Source: Candidatus Poriferisodalis sp.
GTDB taxonomy: Bacteria > Actinomycetota > Acidimicrobiia > Acidimicrobiales > Poriferisodalaceae
Assembly: GCF_965221945.1 (NCBI RefSeq)
Contig: NZ_OZ244925.1
Span: 3,466,091 to 3,530,090 of the forward strand
Length of the DNA stretch: 64,000 nt
Reading direction: 5' to 3'
The stretch's first letter is position 1. Every line of letters starts with the position of its first letter. Shown piece after piece: positions 8,254-18,319 of this stretch. Below the pieces are notes generated by a model. The model was not told the origin of the DNA and did no database searches. It was given only the letters and a program-made list of their open reading frames with translations. Both the position numbers and the translations under genes were made by a program.

Positions 8254-9504
8254 ATGGCCCAACAAGGGCGCATGGCACGCTGTGCGCCTGTGACCGATGC
8301 GTCCGGCGGCAATCCGGCAGACGAACCTGGCGACGATCCCCAAGAGGACGACGCAGCCATCGGCTGGCGCGCTCTGGCCGGGTCGCTCGACGACCTGGGT
8401 TTCGCCTCGCCGCCACTGCCTGCGGCCCCTGACGCCGACCCCGAAACTCCCGACCCCGCCGACGAGCCCGAACCCACCCCGTCAGGCCACCCGCGCCCCA
8501 GGCAGTACTCACGCGCAAGCATCACCGTCGTCATCGTGCAGATCGTTCTCGCGCTGCTGATCATCGGCGGTTTCACCACCCGCCTGCTCAGCAAAGCAGT
8601 CATCGCCCCCGGCGGCACGTCCGATATCGAGGAGTTTGTCCAAGTCAACGACCACCCCGCCTACCCCTCCGACGCCTCCATCAGCCTCGTCAGCGTCCGC
8701 ACCAGCTTCGGCCCGTCGCTGTTCGAATTGATCGGCGGCTGGCTCGACGGGGCCCTCGAGGTCGTCGACATCGAGGACATCCTCGGCGAACGCACCATCG
8801 CCGAGAACCGGGAAGACGGCCGCCTCCAGATGGACCAGTCGACACAGGTCGCCGTGGCCATCGCGCTCGAGCACCTCGGCTACGAGATCATGACGCCGGT
8901 CGGCGCCCGAATCGAACGGGTCATGTCCGACTCCCCGGCCGAGGACGCCCTCCGCGCCGGCGACATCGTCCAATCCGTCGACGACACACCCATCATGACG
9001 GCGCAGCAGCTGTCCGAGACCATCAAGGCCAACGAACCCGGCGCAACAGCGGCACTCACCGCCCTCGACCCCGACGGCGAAACACGCACCGTCACCGTCA
9101 CCCTGGCCGATCGTGACGGCGTCGCACTCCTCGGCGTCATCGTCACCACCCATGTCGAGTTCGCCGAGTTCCCCATCGACGTCACTCTCAACGTGGAGAA
9201 CATCGGCGGCCCCTCAGCGGGCCTCGCCTTCACGCTGTCGGTCATCGACGCGCTCACAGCCGAACCGCTCACCGGCAACCTCGACGTGGCCGCCACCGGC
9301 ACCATCCACCACGACGGCACGATCGGGCCCATCGGCGGTGTGCCCCAGAAATCCCACGCCGTCGTACGAGCCGGCATAGACCTCTTCCTGGTACCCGCCT
9401 CCCAAGTCGAAGAAGCCGTCGCCGTTGCCGAGCCCTCAGTCACCGTCGTCGGTGTCGAATCCCTCGAAGACGCCCTCGCCGCCATCGAAGCCCACCGGTC
9501 CTGA
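8254..9504 (+). CDS. PDZ domain / Lon-type S16 peptidase (YlbL/SdrC-like)
   Basis: TM helix ITVVIVQIVLALLIIGGF. PDZ-like segment (SPAEDALRAGDIVQSVDD). Lon proteolytic core IGGPSAGLAFTLSVIDALT...ATGTIHHDGTIGPIGGVPQK. Confidence 0.8.
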   Translation: MAQQGRMARCAPVTDASGGNPADEPGDDPQEDDAAIGWRALAGSLDDLGFASPPLPAAPDADPETPDPADEPEPTPSGHPRPRQYSRASITVVIVQIVLALLIIGGFTTRLLSKAVIAPGGTSDIEEFVQVNDHPAYPSDASISLVSVRTSFGPSLFELIGGWLDGALEVVDIEDILGERTIAENREDGRLQMDQSTQVAVAIALEHLGYEIMTPVGARIERVMSDSPAEDALRAGDIVQSVDDTPIMTAQQLSETIKANEPGATAALTALDPDGETRTVTVTLADRDGVALLGVIVTTHVEFAEFPIDVTLNVENIGGPSAGLAFTLSVIDALTAEPLTGNLDVAATGTIHHDGTIGPIGGVPQKSHAVVRAGIDLFLVPASQVEEAVAVAEPSVTVVGVESLEDALAAIEAHRS

Positions 9505-9580
9505 CCGTGCCCGAGCCTGAGCAGGGTGGTCTACAGGATCGTCAGGTTCGCCACGAACAGCGCCACGTCAACCACCCCTA

Positions 9581-10912
9581 GTGGAGCCACAGGTATGCTG
9601 CCGCGGGCTGCATCTCCGGTCGCGCTGTCCAGATGGGGACCGCTTCGACTCGGCTCATCATGAGGCTTGGCTCATCGTGAAGACAGATCCCGACGAGCAT
9701 CCGCCCACAGGCGAGCAACCGCCCCCCGCCGAACCAGACCGAACAGCCGCACCCGCAGACCCGGTGGGCCCGGAACGACCAGACATCCCTCAAGCACCAC
9801 GCCGCGCCCGGTTCGCATCAGTCGACACCTTCCGAGGCCTCCTCCTCATAGGCATGGTCTTCACGCCCAGCACCGCCGTCGGCGATCACTTCGCCTTCCT
9901 GCGCCATACCGAGTGGGACGGCATCACGATGAACGACTGGATCTTCCCGGCGTTCCTCGTCACCAGCGGCCTGAGCCTGTCGTTCCTGCTGCGAAACCCA
10001 TCCAAACAAGCCACCTACCGCCGCCTGATCCGCCGCCTCATCCTCCTCGTTGTCCTCGGCATCGCCTACAACGCCTACGGCACCTCATGGTTCGACATCA
10101 CCGAACTGCGCTTCACCGGCGTGCTCCAGATGATCGGCATCGCCGGAGCGTGCGGCGCCGCCGTCGTCCTCGCAAGCCGAGCGATGTTCGGCGCAGACAA
10201 GATGTGGCTGCTCATCACGGTGGCAACCGCCGGGCTCATCCTCTACGGCCTCGGCCTCGACCTCATCTCCTGCGAGCCGATCGGTCGCTGCAGCCCCTAC
10301 CTCGAGTTCGACACAGCCATCCTGACCGACAGCCACGTCTACCGGGCCGGCCAAGCGGGATGGGACCCCGAAGGCCTGGTGCTCTCCATTGCATCGTCGG
10401 CGTTCGTCCTGTACGGCTATTCGGCCGGCATGGTCATCCGCCGCATCGGCCAGACCGACCGGCCGGGCACGGTGCTGCGAATCGGCGCCCTCACCTCGGC
10501 GTGCTTCCTCGCCGGACTCGCCGCATCGCTGTGGGCCCCGCCCAACAAGCGCCTGCTGACCCCGTCGTTCGCCCTGCTGGTGTCAGGCACGGCACTCGCC
10601 GTCGTCTGCCTGATCTACCTGCTGATCGACACCAGCAACAGCCCCACGGGCGACAAGGTCCGGCGCCGCATCACCTGGCCGATCATCGCGTTCGGCCGCA
10701 ACGCCATCATCGTGTACCTGTTCGAACGGGTCCTGCTGCACGCTGGCAAGTCCATCCACATCGGCGACCGCTCGATCGAAACCCGGCTGATGGAGGACAT
10801 CCTGCCCGTCGGGGCGCCCGCAGTGCATGAGGCGTATGCCGCCGTGATCGCGTGCGTCATCCTCCTGGTGGTCGGGACCCTGCATCGACGCCGGATGTAC
10901 CTGGCGCTCTAG
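9581..10912 (+). CDS. acyltransferase-3 / DUF5009 (heparan-alpha-glucosaminide N-acetyltransferase-like) membrane protein
   Basis: RFASVDTFRGLLLIGMVF followed by about 10 TM spans, as in this family. The start may be GTG 9677. Confidence 0.55.
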   Translation: MEPQVCCRGLHLRSRCPDGDRFDSAHHEAWLIVKTDPDEHPPTGEQPPPAEPDRTAAPADPVGPERPDIPQAPRRARFASVDTFRGLLLIGMVFTPSTAVGDHFAFLRHTEWDGITMNDWIFPAFLVTSGLSLSFLLRNPSKQATYRRLIRRLILLVVLGIAYNAYGTSWFDITELRFTGVLQMIGIAGACGAAVVLASRAMFGADKMWLLITVATAGLILYGLGLDLISCEPIGRCSPYLEFDTAILTDSHVYRAGQAGWDPEGLVLSIASSAFVLYGYSAGMVIRRIGQTDRPGTVLRIGALTSACFLAGLAASLWAPPNKRLLTPSFALLVSGTALAVVCLIYLLIDTSNSPTGDKVRRRITWPIIAFGRNAIIVYLFERVLLHAGKSIHIGDRSIETRLMEDILPVGAPAVHEAYAAVIACVILLVVGTLHRRRMYLAL

Positions 10913-10943
10913 CGGTGAAGCACCACGTGTCACACATCGGCTG

Positions 10944-12734
10944 ATGTCAACAACTCGTCCCCGTTCATCGGCCGCAACTGAACTCGACTCGAATAGGCGC
11001 CGCCGACGATGGCTCCGTCCGACGTGGCCGGCGGTGCTCGTTGTCCTGCCGCTCGCCGGACTCGCACTGCAATCAGCAGACCGGCTCAGCATCTACCTCA
11101 ATGCCGGCGCAACTGGCGCCAACCCGCTCGAGGCGGCACGGCGGGCCTGGCGCCTTACCGGGAACTACCTCGACGAGGGCAGCTTCGGCCCCATCGGCCG
11201 CTTCGTCGAGTTCCTCGTGCACGGCCTCGCCATCGAAGCGGGCGACGCCCTCAGCCTGGCACCGCACGCTGCTCTGGGCGCCGTGCGTCTGGCCATGGTG
11301 GGCCTCGTTGCCGTGCTCGCGTTCAAGCTGGTCGAATCGCTGCAGCGCTCTGCGCACACACACGCCGACCCATCGTTCATCGGGCTGTACCCGCTGGCGC
11401 TCGCAGCTGCGCTGGTGGCAAACGGCCTCGGCGGGGGCCTCGCACAAGTCCCCCACACGTCCATCGGCGCTGTGGCGGTCGTGTTGGCAGTGGCGCTGGC
11501 AACCAGTCGCGACCGGGACATGGCCCCTCGACCGGTCGCCCGGCATGAGTACGCCTCCATGGCGGCCATGGGCGCAGCGGCAGCCGCGTTCGACGAGCTC
11601 GCCTACCTGGCCCCCTTCGTCGCGGCTGCCTTGTTGGCCGCACGCAGCGTGGCCTCGGGGTTGCCACCGAGGAGAGCTCTGCGTATCGCAGCAGTTCGCC
11701 GGTGGGTTGCGCTGTGGGCCGGATTCGCTGTGGTCTTCGTCCCTGCCCGCTTTGCCATCGCACAGCGCTGCGCGGCGGACTACGCCTGCAGCGACGGCTG
11801 GATCCTCAGTTTCGGGCCCGACGCCATCGGAGCTGCCGCGGCACGGCTGGGGTCGGCGCTGCCACTGGCAGGTTGGATCGCCAACAACGACCGCACCGAG
11901 GCCGCCGGCCTGGACCTCGGGTTCGGGGAGGTGCTGGCCAACTCGATGCTCATCGTCGCGTTGCTGGTTCTGCTCTCACTGACGATCGCAGCAGTTCTGC
12001 AAGAGCGCCGCGAGACGCCCCCGGGCGACTCGACTGACGGCCCCTCGCCTCGTCAGCTCGTGCCCCGCCAACTCCGCCTCGCACTGGCTCTCGGCGGGTT
12101 CGGCGCGGCCATCACAGGCGCCGCCGCGCTGTACGCAGGTCTGTCGTGGAGGGTGCAGCAGCTCCCGTTCGGCCACGCCGTCAGGCAGGGATGGCGCGAC
12201 ACGCTGCTCGCCCAAGTCGGATGGTCGCTGATCGCAGCCGCAGTCCTCGCATGCCTCGACCTGTTTCTGCGCCGCCGCGCCGCACATGTACTGAAGCCAG
12301 TTGCGACGCTCGCACTCGCAGTAGCTGCGGGCTTCACGCTTGTCGCGAATTGGCAGCTCGCCCAGATCGACCGGTACGACGAGACCGCGTCGGTCACCAC
12401 CCTGATCTCAGCATCCACGGTGAACATGGGCCTCGCCGACAGCGCGGCCGGCATCGCAGAGCTGAACGATTGGCCCCTGCGCACCGACGGTGTCGACTAC
12501 CCAGCGTCGCCGAGTGCCGTCCGCTGCCTGCTGCTGGAGGTCTACGCCGACCGCGAGGCGTCCGCTCCCGAAAGCCAGTTCACCGCTGAACAGCTTCGAG
12601 CCGACCTCAACCGGCTCACGGCTGAACGCAACGGCGTGCCCTACTGCAACCAGGCGGCCGAACCCACAGCCGACCCGGCCGCCGCCCCCGCAGACGATCC
12701 ACCCAGCACCACCCCCGAAGCGAGCGCCTCATGA
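10944..12734 (+). CDS. polytopic membrane protein, paralogue 1 of 3 (possible GT-C-type glycosyltransferase)
   Basis: Shares with 12731-14407 and 15419-17059 the blocks VLVVLPLAGL..ADR.S.YL, G.F.PIGRF.E.LVHG, ATSRDRD, and paired Cys in the C-terminal extracytoplasmic part. The function is inferred only from topology and the first-loop acidic motif. Confidence 0.45.
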   Translation: MSTTRPRSSAATELDSNRRRRRWLRPTWPAVLVVLPLAGLALQSADRLSIYLNAGATGANPLEAARRAWRLTGNYLDEGSFGPIGRFVEFLVHGLAIEAGDALSLAPHAALGAVRLAMVGLVAVLAFKLVESLQRSAHTHADPSFIGLYPLALAAALVANGLGGGLAQVPHTSIGAVAVVLAVALATSRDRDMAPRPVARHEYASMAAMGAAAAAFDELAYLAPFVAAALLAARSVASGLPPRRALRIAAVRRWVALWAGFAVVFVPARFAIAQRCAADYACSDGWILSFGPDAIGAAAARLGSALPLAGWIANNDRTEAAGLDLGFGEVLANSMLIVALLVLLSLTIAAVLQERRETPPGDSTDGPSPRQLVPRQLRLALALGGFGAAITGAAALYAGLSWRVQQLPFGHAVRQGWRDTLLAQVGWSLIAAAVLACLDLFLRRRAAHVLKPVATLALAVAAGFTLVANWQLAQIDRYDETASVTTLISASTVNMGLADSAAGIAELNDWPLRTDGVDYPASPSAVRCLLLEVYADREASAPESQFTAEQLRADLNRLTAERNGVPYCNQAAEPTADPAAAPADDPPSTTPEASAS

Positions 12735-14407
12735 CGGCGTTCACGAAGACCCGCACCGCGCAGGCAAGGCGCAGCCGCATCTGGCTCGTCACCGCCGGTC
12801 CGGCCGTGTTGGTCGTGCTCCCCCTGATCGGCATGTCGCTCAAGTCCGACGAGCGCCTCCACCTCTTCCAACAGGTCTTCTACACCGACGTCAACCTGTT
12901 CGGCGTAGCGCAGTACGTCGAAGAACGCATCTTCAACTTCTTGAATATCGGCAACTTCCGGCCGATCGGGCGATTCACCGAAGTGCTGGTCCACGGACTC
13001 GTCTTCGAGTCCGCCGAAGCGACGGGCCTTACCCCGCACGTCGTCCTCGGCGTGGTCCGTGTGATCGTGGTCGCGCTGCTGGCGGTGCTCGCGGCGAAGA
13101 TGGTCGGTGCGCTGGTTCGCTCGGCTGGCGTCTCGGCCGACCGGTCACTCGTCAGTCTCTACCCGCTGGTGGTGGGCACCGTGGTGGTGGCGAACGGCAT
13201 CATCGGCGGACTCGCACAGTTCCCGCATACGTTCATCGGGTCGGTCGTGCTCATCCTGGTGGCGGCGCTTGCAACCGCTCGCGACCGCGATCTCGAACCG
13301 CGTCCGCTGCGCAAACGCGAATACGCCTCGATGGCAGCGTTCGGCGCCCTGCTCGTCCTGTACTACGACGTCGCCTACTTGGCGCCCATCGTCGCAGCCG
13401 GCTTTCTTGGCGCCCGAGTGGCTGTCGCGCGGCTGCCGCTCCGAGCGGCGCTCGCCACGGCGGCGATGCGCCGCTGGGCAGCACTGAGCGCCGGCTTTGC
13501 GGCCGTGTTCATTCCCGTCCGCATCGACATCGCCCGGCGCTGCGCACCGGGTGAGTGCTACTCCGCTTCGGACCTCAGCGTCTCGCCCGAGGTGTTCGAG
13601 ACGGCGCTGCCACGCTTGGCGACGGGGCTGCCGCCGGTCGGCTGGGACTACAACGCCGACCTCGCCCGCCTCTTCGGCGTCGATGCAGGAATCACCAGCC
13701 TCGCCACCAACGTGCTGCTGTTCCTCATGCTGGCCGCAATCGTGGGGTTCGCGGTCGCTGCTGTGGCCCGCGGCTGGCGCCCAAACCCCGAACCAGCCGT
13801 TGAGACATCCGCCGCCGACCAGCCCGTCGCCGACCAGCCCACTCCCGAACGACCCCGCGGCGCCCATGCGCGCCTCGCTGCTGCGCTCATCGGGCTCGGA
13901 GCCTTCATGGCGGTCCTGTCCGCAACGCTCGCGGGGCTGTCGGCCTCGATGCAACGGCGTGATCTCCCGATCGGCGAGGCATGGCGAGAGGCGCAGCTGG
14001 CCCAGGTGGCCTGGTCGCTGATCATTGTGGGTTGCCTCGCGGCGCTCGACCTCGCGACCCGGTCAGAACGCACGCGCCGGGCACTGCGAGCAGCCGTGGC
14101 CGCTGTGCTTGCCATCGGCGTGGCGTTCACGCTGCTGGCGAATTGGAGGTTCGCCGAAGTCGACCGTCGCGATCCCACAGCGGCACTCACCAGCCTGATC
14201 GCAACGTCGACGATCCATGTCGACACCACCGAAACGGGCGACCAGATCCGCTGTGCGCTCTCGGGCGGATACCGCGAGGTGACGCCCGAGAAGGTGTGGA
14301 TCACCGGCTGGCGGATGCGCAACGAACTCGATCGCTTCATGGGCGGGCGCCACGGCTTGGCGTACTGCTTCCCTCCGACGATTGAAATTCCCGAGCCCGG
14401 CTCCTAG
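12731..14407 (+). CDS. polytopic membrane protein, paralogue 2 of 3
   Basis: ATGA overlap with paralogue 1 and the same conserved blocks (GNFRPIGRFTEVLVHG, ATARDRD, IRCALSGGY...LAYCF). Confidence 0.45.
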   Translation: MTAFTKTRTAQARRSRIWLVTAGPAVLVVLPLIGMSLKSDERLHLFQQVFYTDVNLFGVAQYVEERIFNFLNIGNFRPIGRFTEVLVHGLVFESAEATGLTPHVVLGVVRVIVVALLAVLAAKMVGALVRSAGVSADRSLVSLYPLVVGTVVVANGIIGGLAQFPHTFIGSVVLILVAALATARDRDLEPRPLRKREYASMAAFGALLVLYYDVAYLAPIVAAGFLGARVAVARLPLRAALATAAMRRWAALSAGFAAVFIPVRIDIARRCAPGECYSASDLSVSPEVFETALPRLATGLPPVGWDYNADLARLFGVDAGITSLATNVLLFLMLAAIVGFAVAAVARGWRPNPEPAVETSAADQPVADQPTPERPRGAHARLAAALIGLGAFMAVLSATLAGLSASMQRRDLPIGEAWREAQLAQVAWSLIIVGCLAALDLATRSERTRRALRAAVAAVLAIGVAFTLLANWRFAEVDRRDPTAALTSLIATSTIHVDTTETGDQIRCALSGGYREVTPEKVWITGWRMRNELDRFMGGRHGLAYCFPPTIEIPEPGS

Positions 14408-15357
14408 CGGAACCGGATCCAGAAGTGCTGAATGCGATGAAACTCGATGTCTTGGCTCTCGTAGTCGCCGGGCCAGTAACCCGGATCGCCGCTCAGCAGC
14501 CATCCGTAGTGGACGGGGTGCCAGCCGACACGCGTGTTTCCCGAGATCTCGAACGCATCATGGAAGTGGTCGTAGGTCACCTCTTCGATGCGAGTCACGT
14601 TCGGGTCGTGCTTGCATGTCGGAGCGGCCTGATATCCGACGTCGAAGTCGGTGTTCCACAGCGCTTCGTGCATGGCGCCATGGTCGGCATGGGCGTAGTC
14701 GGAACAGCCGGGATAGGCGCCGTTCCAGTAGCCAGCGCCGATCAGGTTGTGGTTTCGCAACGTGTCGTTGATGCCCAGGGCGGTCCGGTTGTCACGGACC
14801 GTCGTGATCGCCCACTTCACCTCGTCGGCGGTCACATCGCCGTCGCCAAGGTTGAACCACACCACAGCAGCGATGTGCGACGTCCAGACCTCGACAGTGA
14901 GATCGCTGACGCAGTCACCGTCGTCGAAGCGGCATACCTCGGTTCCCAAGGAGTCGAAGGGGCCCTTCACCCCTGCGTAGGTGAAGGAAGCCGGAAGCGC
15001 GCTGTCGGTGCGTGCCATTGCTTCCATGAAGCCGAAGAACGAGTTCGTGCGAGCGGACTCGCACGACGGTGTCCACTTGCCCTGCGGCCATGGATCCGGC
15101 GGTATCTCGCCAGTGCCTTCGTCGTATCCCGGCGAGCCACAATAGAACGTCTGCTCACCCCTGTTCAGGACAATGAAGACCTTGTAGTTGCCAGTGGAGT
15201 TCTCGATGAGCGACCACGCTTGGATTTCGTCATCGGGGTGGGGCACCACCACATAGCTCATCTTGTTCGGACCGTTCGCGCCTGCCTGAAACGTGCAGGC
15301 TGCAAGAGCAACGGCGACGGCGAGCACCATGATCAGCGTCGCTCGTGGTCGCTTCAT
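14404..15357 (-). CDS. PIG-L/LmbE-family deacetylase with lipoprotein signal
   Basis: MKRPRATLIMVLAVAVALAAC lipobox. VVPHPDDE and HADHGAMH zinc motifs of the PIG-L family. Start ATG 15357 is preferred over the 420-aa extension. Confidence 0.75.
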   Translation of the reverse strand: MKRPRATLIMVLAVAVALAACTFQAGANGPNKMSYVVVPHPDDEIQAWSLIENSTGNYKVFIVLNRGEQTFYCGSPGYDEGTGEIPPDPWPQGKWTPSCESARTNSFFGFMEAMARTDSALPASFTYAGVKGPFDSLGTEVCRFDDGDCVSDLTVEVWTSHIAAVVWFNLGDGDVTADEVKWAITTVRDNRTALGINDTLRNHNLIGAGYWNGAYPGCSDYAHADHGAMHEALWNTDFDVGYQAAPTCKHDPNVTRIEEVTYDHFHDAFEISGNTRVGWHPVHYGWLLSGDPGYWPGDYESQDIEFHRIQHFWIRFR

Positions 15358-15418
15358 CGCTGCTCCCAGCCTGGCCAGCACGCGGGCACACCCACGGTAG
15401 GCCCGGCATTCTGCTGAC

Positions 15419-17059
15419 ATGAGCTCGCTGATGCGGACCATCCGCCGCTGCTGTCGCTGGGTCCCGAGTGTGCTCGTGGTGCTTCCGCTCGCAGGGCTCG
15501 CATTCGTCGCGGATGAGCGTCGCAGCGTGTACTTGAGGGCGCTCACCAATGACGCGAACCCCTTCAGGGCGGCGATGGATGCCGCCCGCGGCACCGACAA
15601 CTTCTTCTCGGGGGGGAACTTCCGGCCGGTCGGGCGATTCTGGGAGATGCTCGTCCACGGCTTCATCTACGAAGCCGGGGAGGCCACCGCCGTAGCGCCT
15701 CACATAGTCCTGGGCGCGCTGCGCCTCACCTTGGTGGCGGTGATGGCTCTCGGTGCCACAGCGATGGTCTCGGCACTGGCGCGATCTGCCGGCGTGCAGC
15801 AGCACGCCTCGCTGGTGGGGCTGTACCCGCTGGCGCTTGGCGCCGTGCTGATCGCCAACGGCACCTCGGGGGCGCTCGCACAGTTTCCGCACACGTTGAT
15901 CGGTTCGGCCGTGCTCATTGTGTGGATCGCCGTGGCGACGAGTCGCGACCGCGATCTACGAGCGAGATCGCTTCGCTGGCACGAGTACACCGCCATGGTC
16001 AGCGCGGGAGCGCTCGCCGCGATGTTCTACGACCTGGCCTATCTGGCACCGCTCATCGCTGCGGTGTTCTTGGCGGCGCGCTGTTTCGCGTCGCGAATGA
16101 CACTTCGGGCAGCGCTTGCCACGGCAGCAACCAGGCGATGGATCGCTCAGGCGGCGGGCTTCGCGGCGGTGTTCGTTCCGATCCGCATCGCCATCGCATT
16201 CCAGTATTCCGATGGCGGCTGCTATGAGGGCTCGGACCTCAGCCTGTCTGCGGACGCTTTCAGCACTGCTTGGCCGCGGCTGTTGACCGGTTTCCCGGCG
16301 ATCGGCTGGGACTTCAACGCGGATCTCGCCCGTGATGCCGGGGTGGAACTCGGGTTGGCCGATCTGGCCGCCAATGCCCTGATGGCGCTCGTGGTTGTCG
16401 GGATTGTCGTTCTGGCGGCGGCAGCAGCGTGGCAGCGTCCGGTCCCGGACACCTTGGGCACGTTGCACAGCAGTGAGGCGGCAGGGGGTGGAGCTGGCAG
16501 TTCGGGACGGCTTGCTGGTGTCTTGCTGCTGCTCGGCGGATCGCTGGCGGTGCTCTCAGCGTCGGTCGCCGGCCTGACGGCGTGGGCGCAGCAGCGTCAG
16601 CCTCCCGTCGGTCAGGCTTGGCGGGAAACGCTGCTCACCCAGGTTGCGTGGTCGCTGATCATTGCGGCCGGCCTGGCCGTGCTCGACCTTGCCCTGCGTG
16701 GCCGCGCCACCAACCGGATCGTGCGCGGCCTCGTTGCGGCCGCCCTGGCCCTCGCCATGTCGCTGACACTTCTTGCGAACTGGCGCTTCGCCGAAGTCAG
16801 CCGCCGCGATCCCGTTGCTGTGCTCACCAGCCTCGTCTCGCTCAGCGCGGTCAACCTGGACGACACCCCGGGCGGCAACGCAGTGCGCTGCGCTCTTATC
16901 GATGCCTACGCCGAAGCGACCATCGGCCAGCCGACGTGGACAGCCGGGCAGGCCATCGGCGAGAACCTCAACGATCTGACGCTCGAGCGCCTAGGCATTC
17001 CCTTCTGCGACCCCAATCGGCCACCGCCCGCGCCGCAATCCGTGCAAGACCCAGGCTGA
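15419..17059 (+). CDS. polytopic membrane protein, paralogue 3 of 3
   Basis: Same conserved blocks (GGNFRPVGRFWEMLVHG, ATSRDRD, VRCALIDAY...IPFCD). Divergent from the PIG-L gene with a 61-bp spacer. Confidence 0.45.
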   Translation: MSSLMRTIRRCCRWVPSVLVVLPLAGLAFVADERRSVYLRALTNDANPFRAAMDAARGTDNFFSGGNFRPVGRFWEMLVHGFIYEAGEATAVAPHIVLGALRLTLVAVMALGATAMVSALARSAGVQQHASLVGLYPLALGAVLIANGTSGALAQFPHTLIGSAVLIVWIAVATSRDRDLRARSLRWHEYTAMVSAGALAAMFYDLAYLAPLIAAVFLAARCFASRMTLRAALATAATRRWIAQAAGFAAVFVPIRIAIAFQYSDGGCYEGSDLSLSADAFSTAWPRLLTGFPAIGWDFNADLARDAGVELGLADLAANALMALVVVGIVVLAAAAAWQRPVPDTLGTLHSSEAAGGGAGSSGRLAGVLLLLGGSLAVLSASVAGLTAWAQQRQPPVGQAWRETLLTQVAWSLIIAAGLAVLDLALRGRATNRIVRGLVAAALALAMSLTLLANWRFAEVSRRDPVAVLTSLVSLSAVNLDDTPGGNAVRCALIDAYAEATIGQPTWTAGQAIGENLNDLTLERLGIPFCDPNRPPPAPQSVQDPG

Positions 17060-17070
17060 ATCACCGGGGT

Positions 17071-17086
17071 AGAGCACCGGTGCTCT
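17071..17086. terminator. 16-nt perfect palindrome AGAGCACCGGTGCTCT just after the stop at 17059
   Basis: Read directly. Position and symmetry fit a short intrinsic terminator, but there is no U-tract. Confidence 0.35.
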
Positions 17087-17287
17087 CTTGCGGGCGCCGC
17101 CACGGTCGCGTTCCTGACAATCGTCATCACCGTCGCAGCCCTCGGCGCTTGATGGTGTGACAGCTCAGCGTCCTACGCGACGACATCAACGCGCTGCGTT
17201 CTGAGTTACTGGCTGAATTCAGGGCCCTGCGTGAGGAGACACGTGCGGGCTTCAGCGAGATCAACGCGACGCCGCTCGAGGTGATGA

Positions 17288-17584
17288 ATGACTGTGATGA
17301 AGCAATGCACGGTGGCTTTCTCGAGCGTGCTCATCTGGGCAGCGCTGCTCGCATTGCCAGCTTCGGCGCAGTCCCTCGATCCGGCGTTGCCGCCACAGGC
17401 CTCGACCGATTGCACTGGCGACGTATCGGTGTCGGTCGCCAGCGATGCCCGGGCCCAGTCGGACATCTACGCCGCGGCACTACTGGCGGCTGCGATCGGC
17501 ACGTACTGCATCGTCCTGACAGGCCCCCGCGACGCGCCTTGCAGAACGCGCCTATCTCTACGGCAACACACACTCAAGAGCTGA
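17288..17584 (+). CDS. small secreted protein (hypothetical)
   Basis: Signal-peptide-like N-terminus VAFSSVLIWAALLALPASAQS. No domain recognised. Confidence 0.3.
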   Translation: MTVMKQCTVAFSSVLIWAALLALPASAQSLDPALPPQASTDCTGDVSVSVASDARAQSDIYAAALLAAAIGTYCIVLTGPRDAPCRTRLSLRQHTLKS

Positions 17585-17663
17585 ATCGGGCTACTTCCGC
17601 CGCTACCAGGGTTCGGCAGCCTTCCCATTTCTAGGTGAAGCGATCCCACGACCTCGGGGCCGC

Positions 17664-18317
17664 ATGGGCGATGCGCTCCGCTCGGAATTCTTGTCTGCAA
17701 CTTGCGAGACCCTCGGAGAGGTGCTGGACAACATCTCCACCCATGCCTTCAACCTCCGTGATCCTGCGTTCTCCGCCGATTGGCTCGGGCCCGAGATTGT
17801 TGACCGAGCGCGATCCTGCTTGCTTGTCAGCCTCACAACGGGCCGTACGGACAGCTGTGATCGGCTTCATTTCCTCGCGTTCGACAATGGGTTCGGAATC
17901 CCGCGAACAATGCGTTGGCAACATTCAGAGTCCTGGCACCAGGTTGATGCCGCCGACGTCATGGAATGTGTTCTTCGAAATCGGCTGACCGACAGGGCGG
18001 TCGACGGCCACAACGGAGCCGGGCTCTGGTGCCTCTACGGTCTTGCCCGATTTGCGGGCGGAACCATCACCGTGACCTCTGAAGATGACCGCAGTAACGG
18101 ACAAACTGCGACGCAAATCGCAATCCGTGTGCCCGCTGTTGGCCTTAGCGGGCCGCTACCGGAGGTTCAAGCACGTTCTATCGCGGTGCCGTGGCGCGGT
18201 ACGACGGTTGAGCTCCAAGTCCGTGTCCCGCGTTTGGATGACGTCGATCAAGAACAGGTCGCTGAAGTCAGGGACAACCTCCACCGGTACCGGGCCGCCT
18301 GGCCCCAAATGGCATAA
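17664..18317 (+). CDS. GHKL (HATPase_c-like) ATP-binding protein, RsbW/SpoIIAB-like size
   Basis: N-box EVLDNISTHA, G1 box FDNGFGIP and G2 box GHNGAGLW appear in the correct order. Confidence 0.5.
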   Translation: MGDALRSEFLSATCETLGEVLDNISTHAFNLRDPAFSADWLGPEIVDRARSCLLVSLTTGRTDSCDRLHFLAFDNGFGIPRTMRWQHSESWHQVDAADVMECVLRNRLTDRAVDGHNGAGLWCLYGLARFAGGTITVTSEDDRSNGQTATQIAIRVPAVGLSGPLPEVQARSIAVPWRGTTVELQVRVPRLDDVDQEQVAEVRDNLHRYRAAWPQMA

Positions 18318-18319
18318 AT

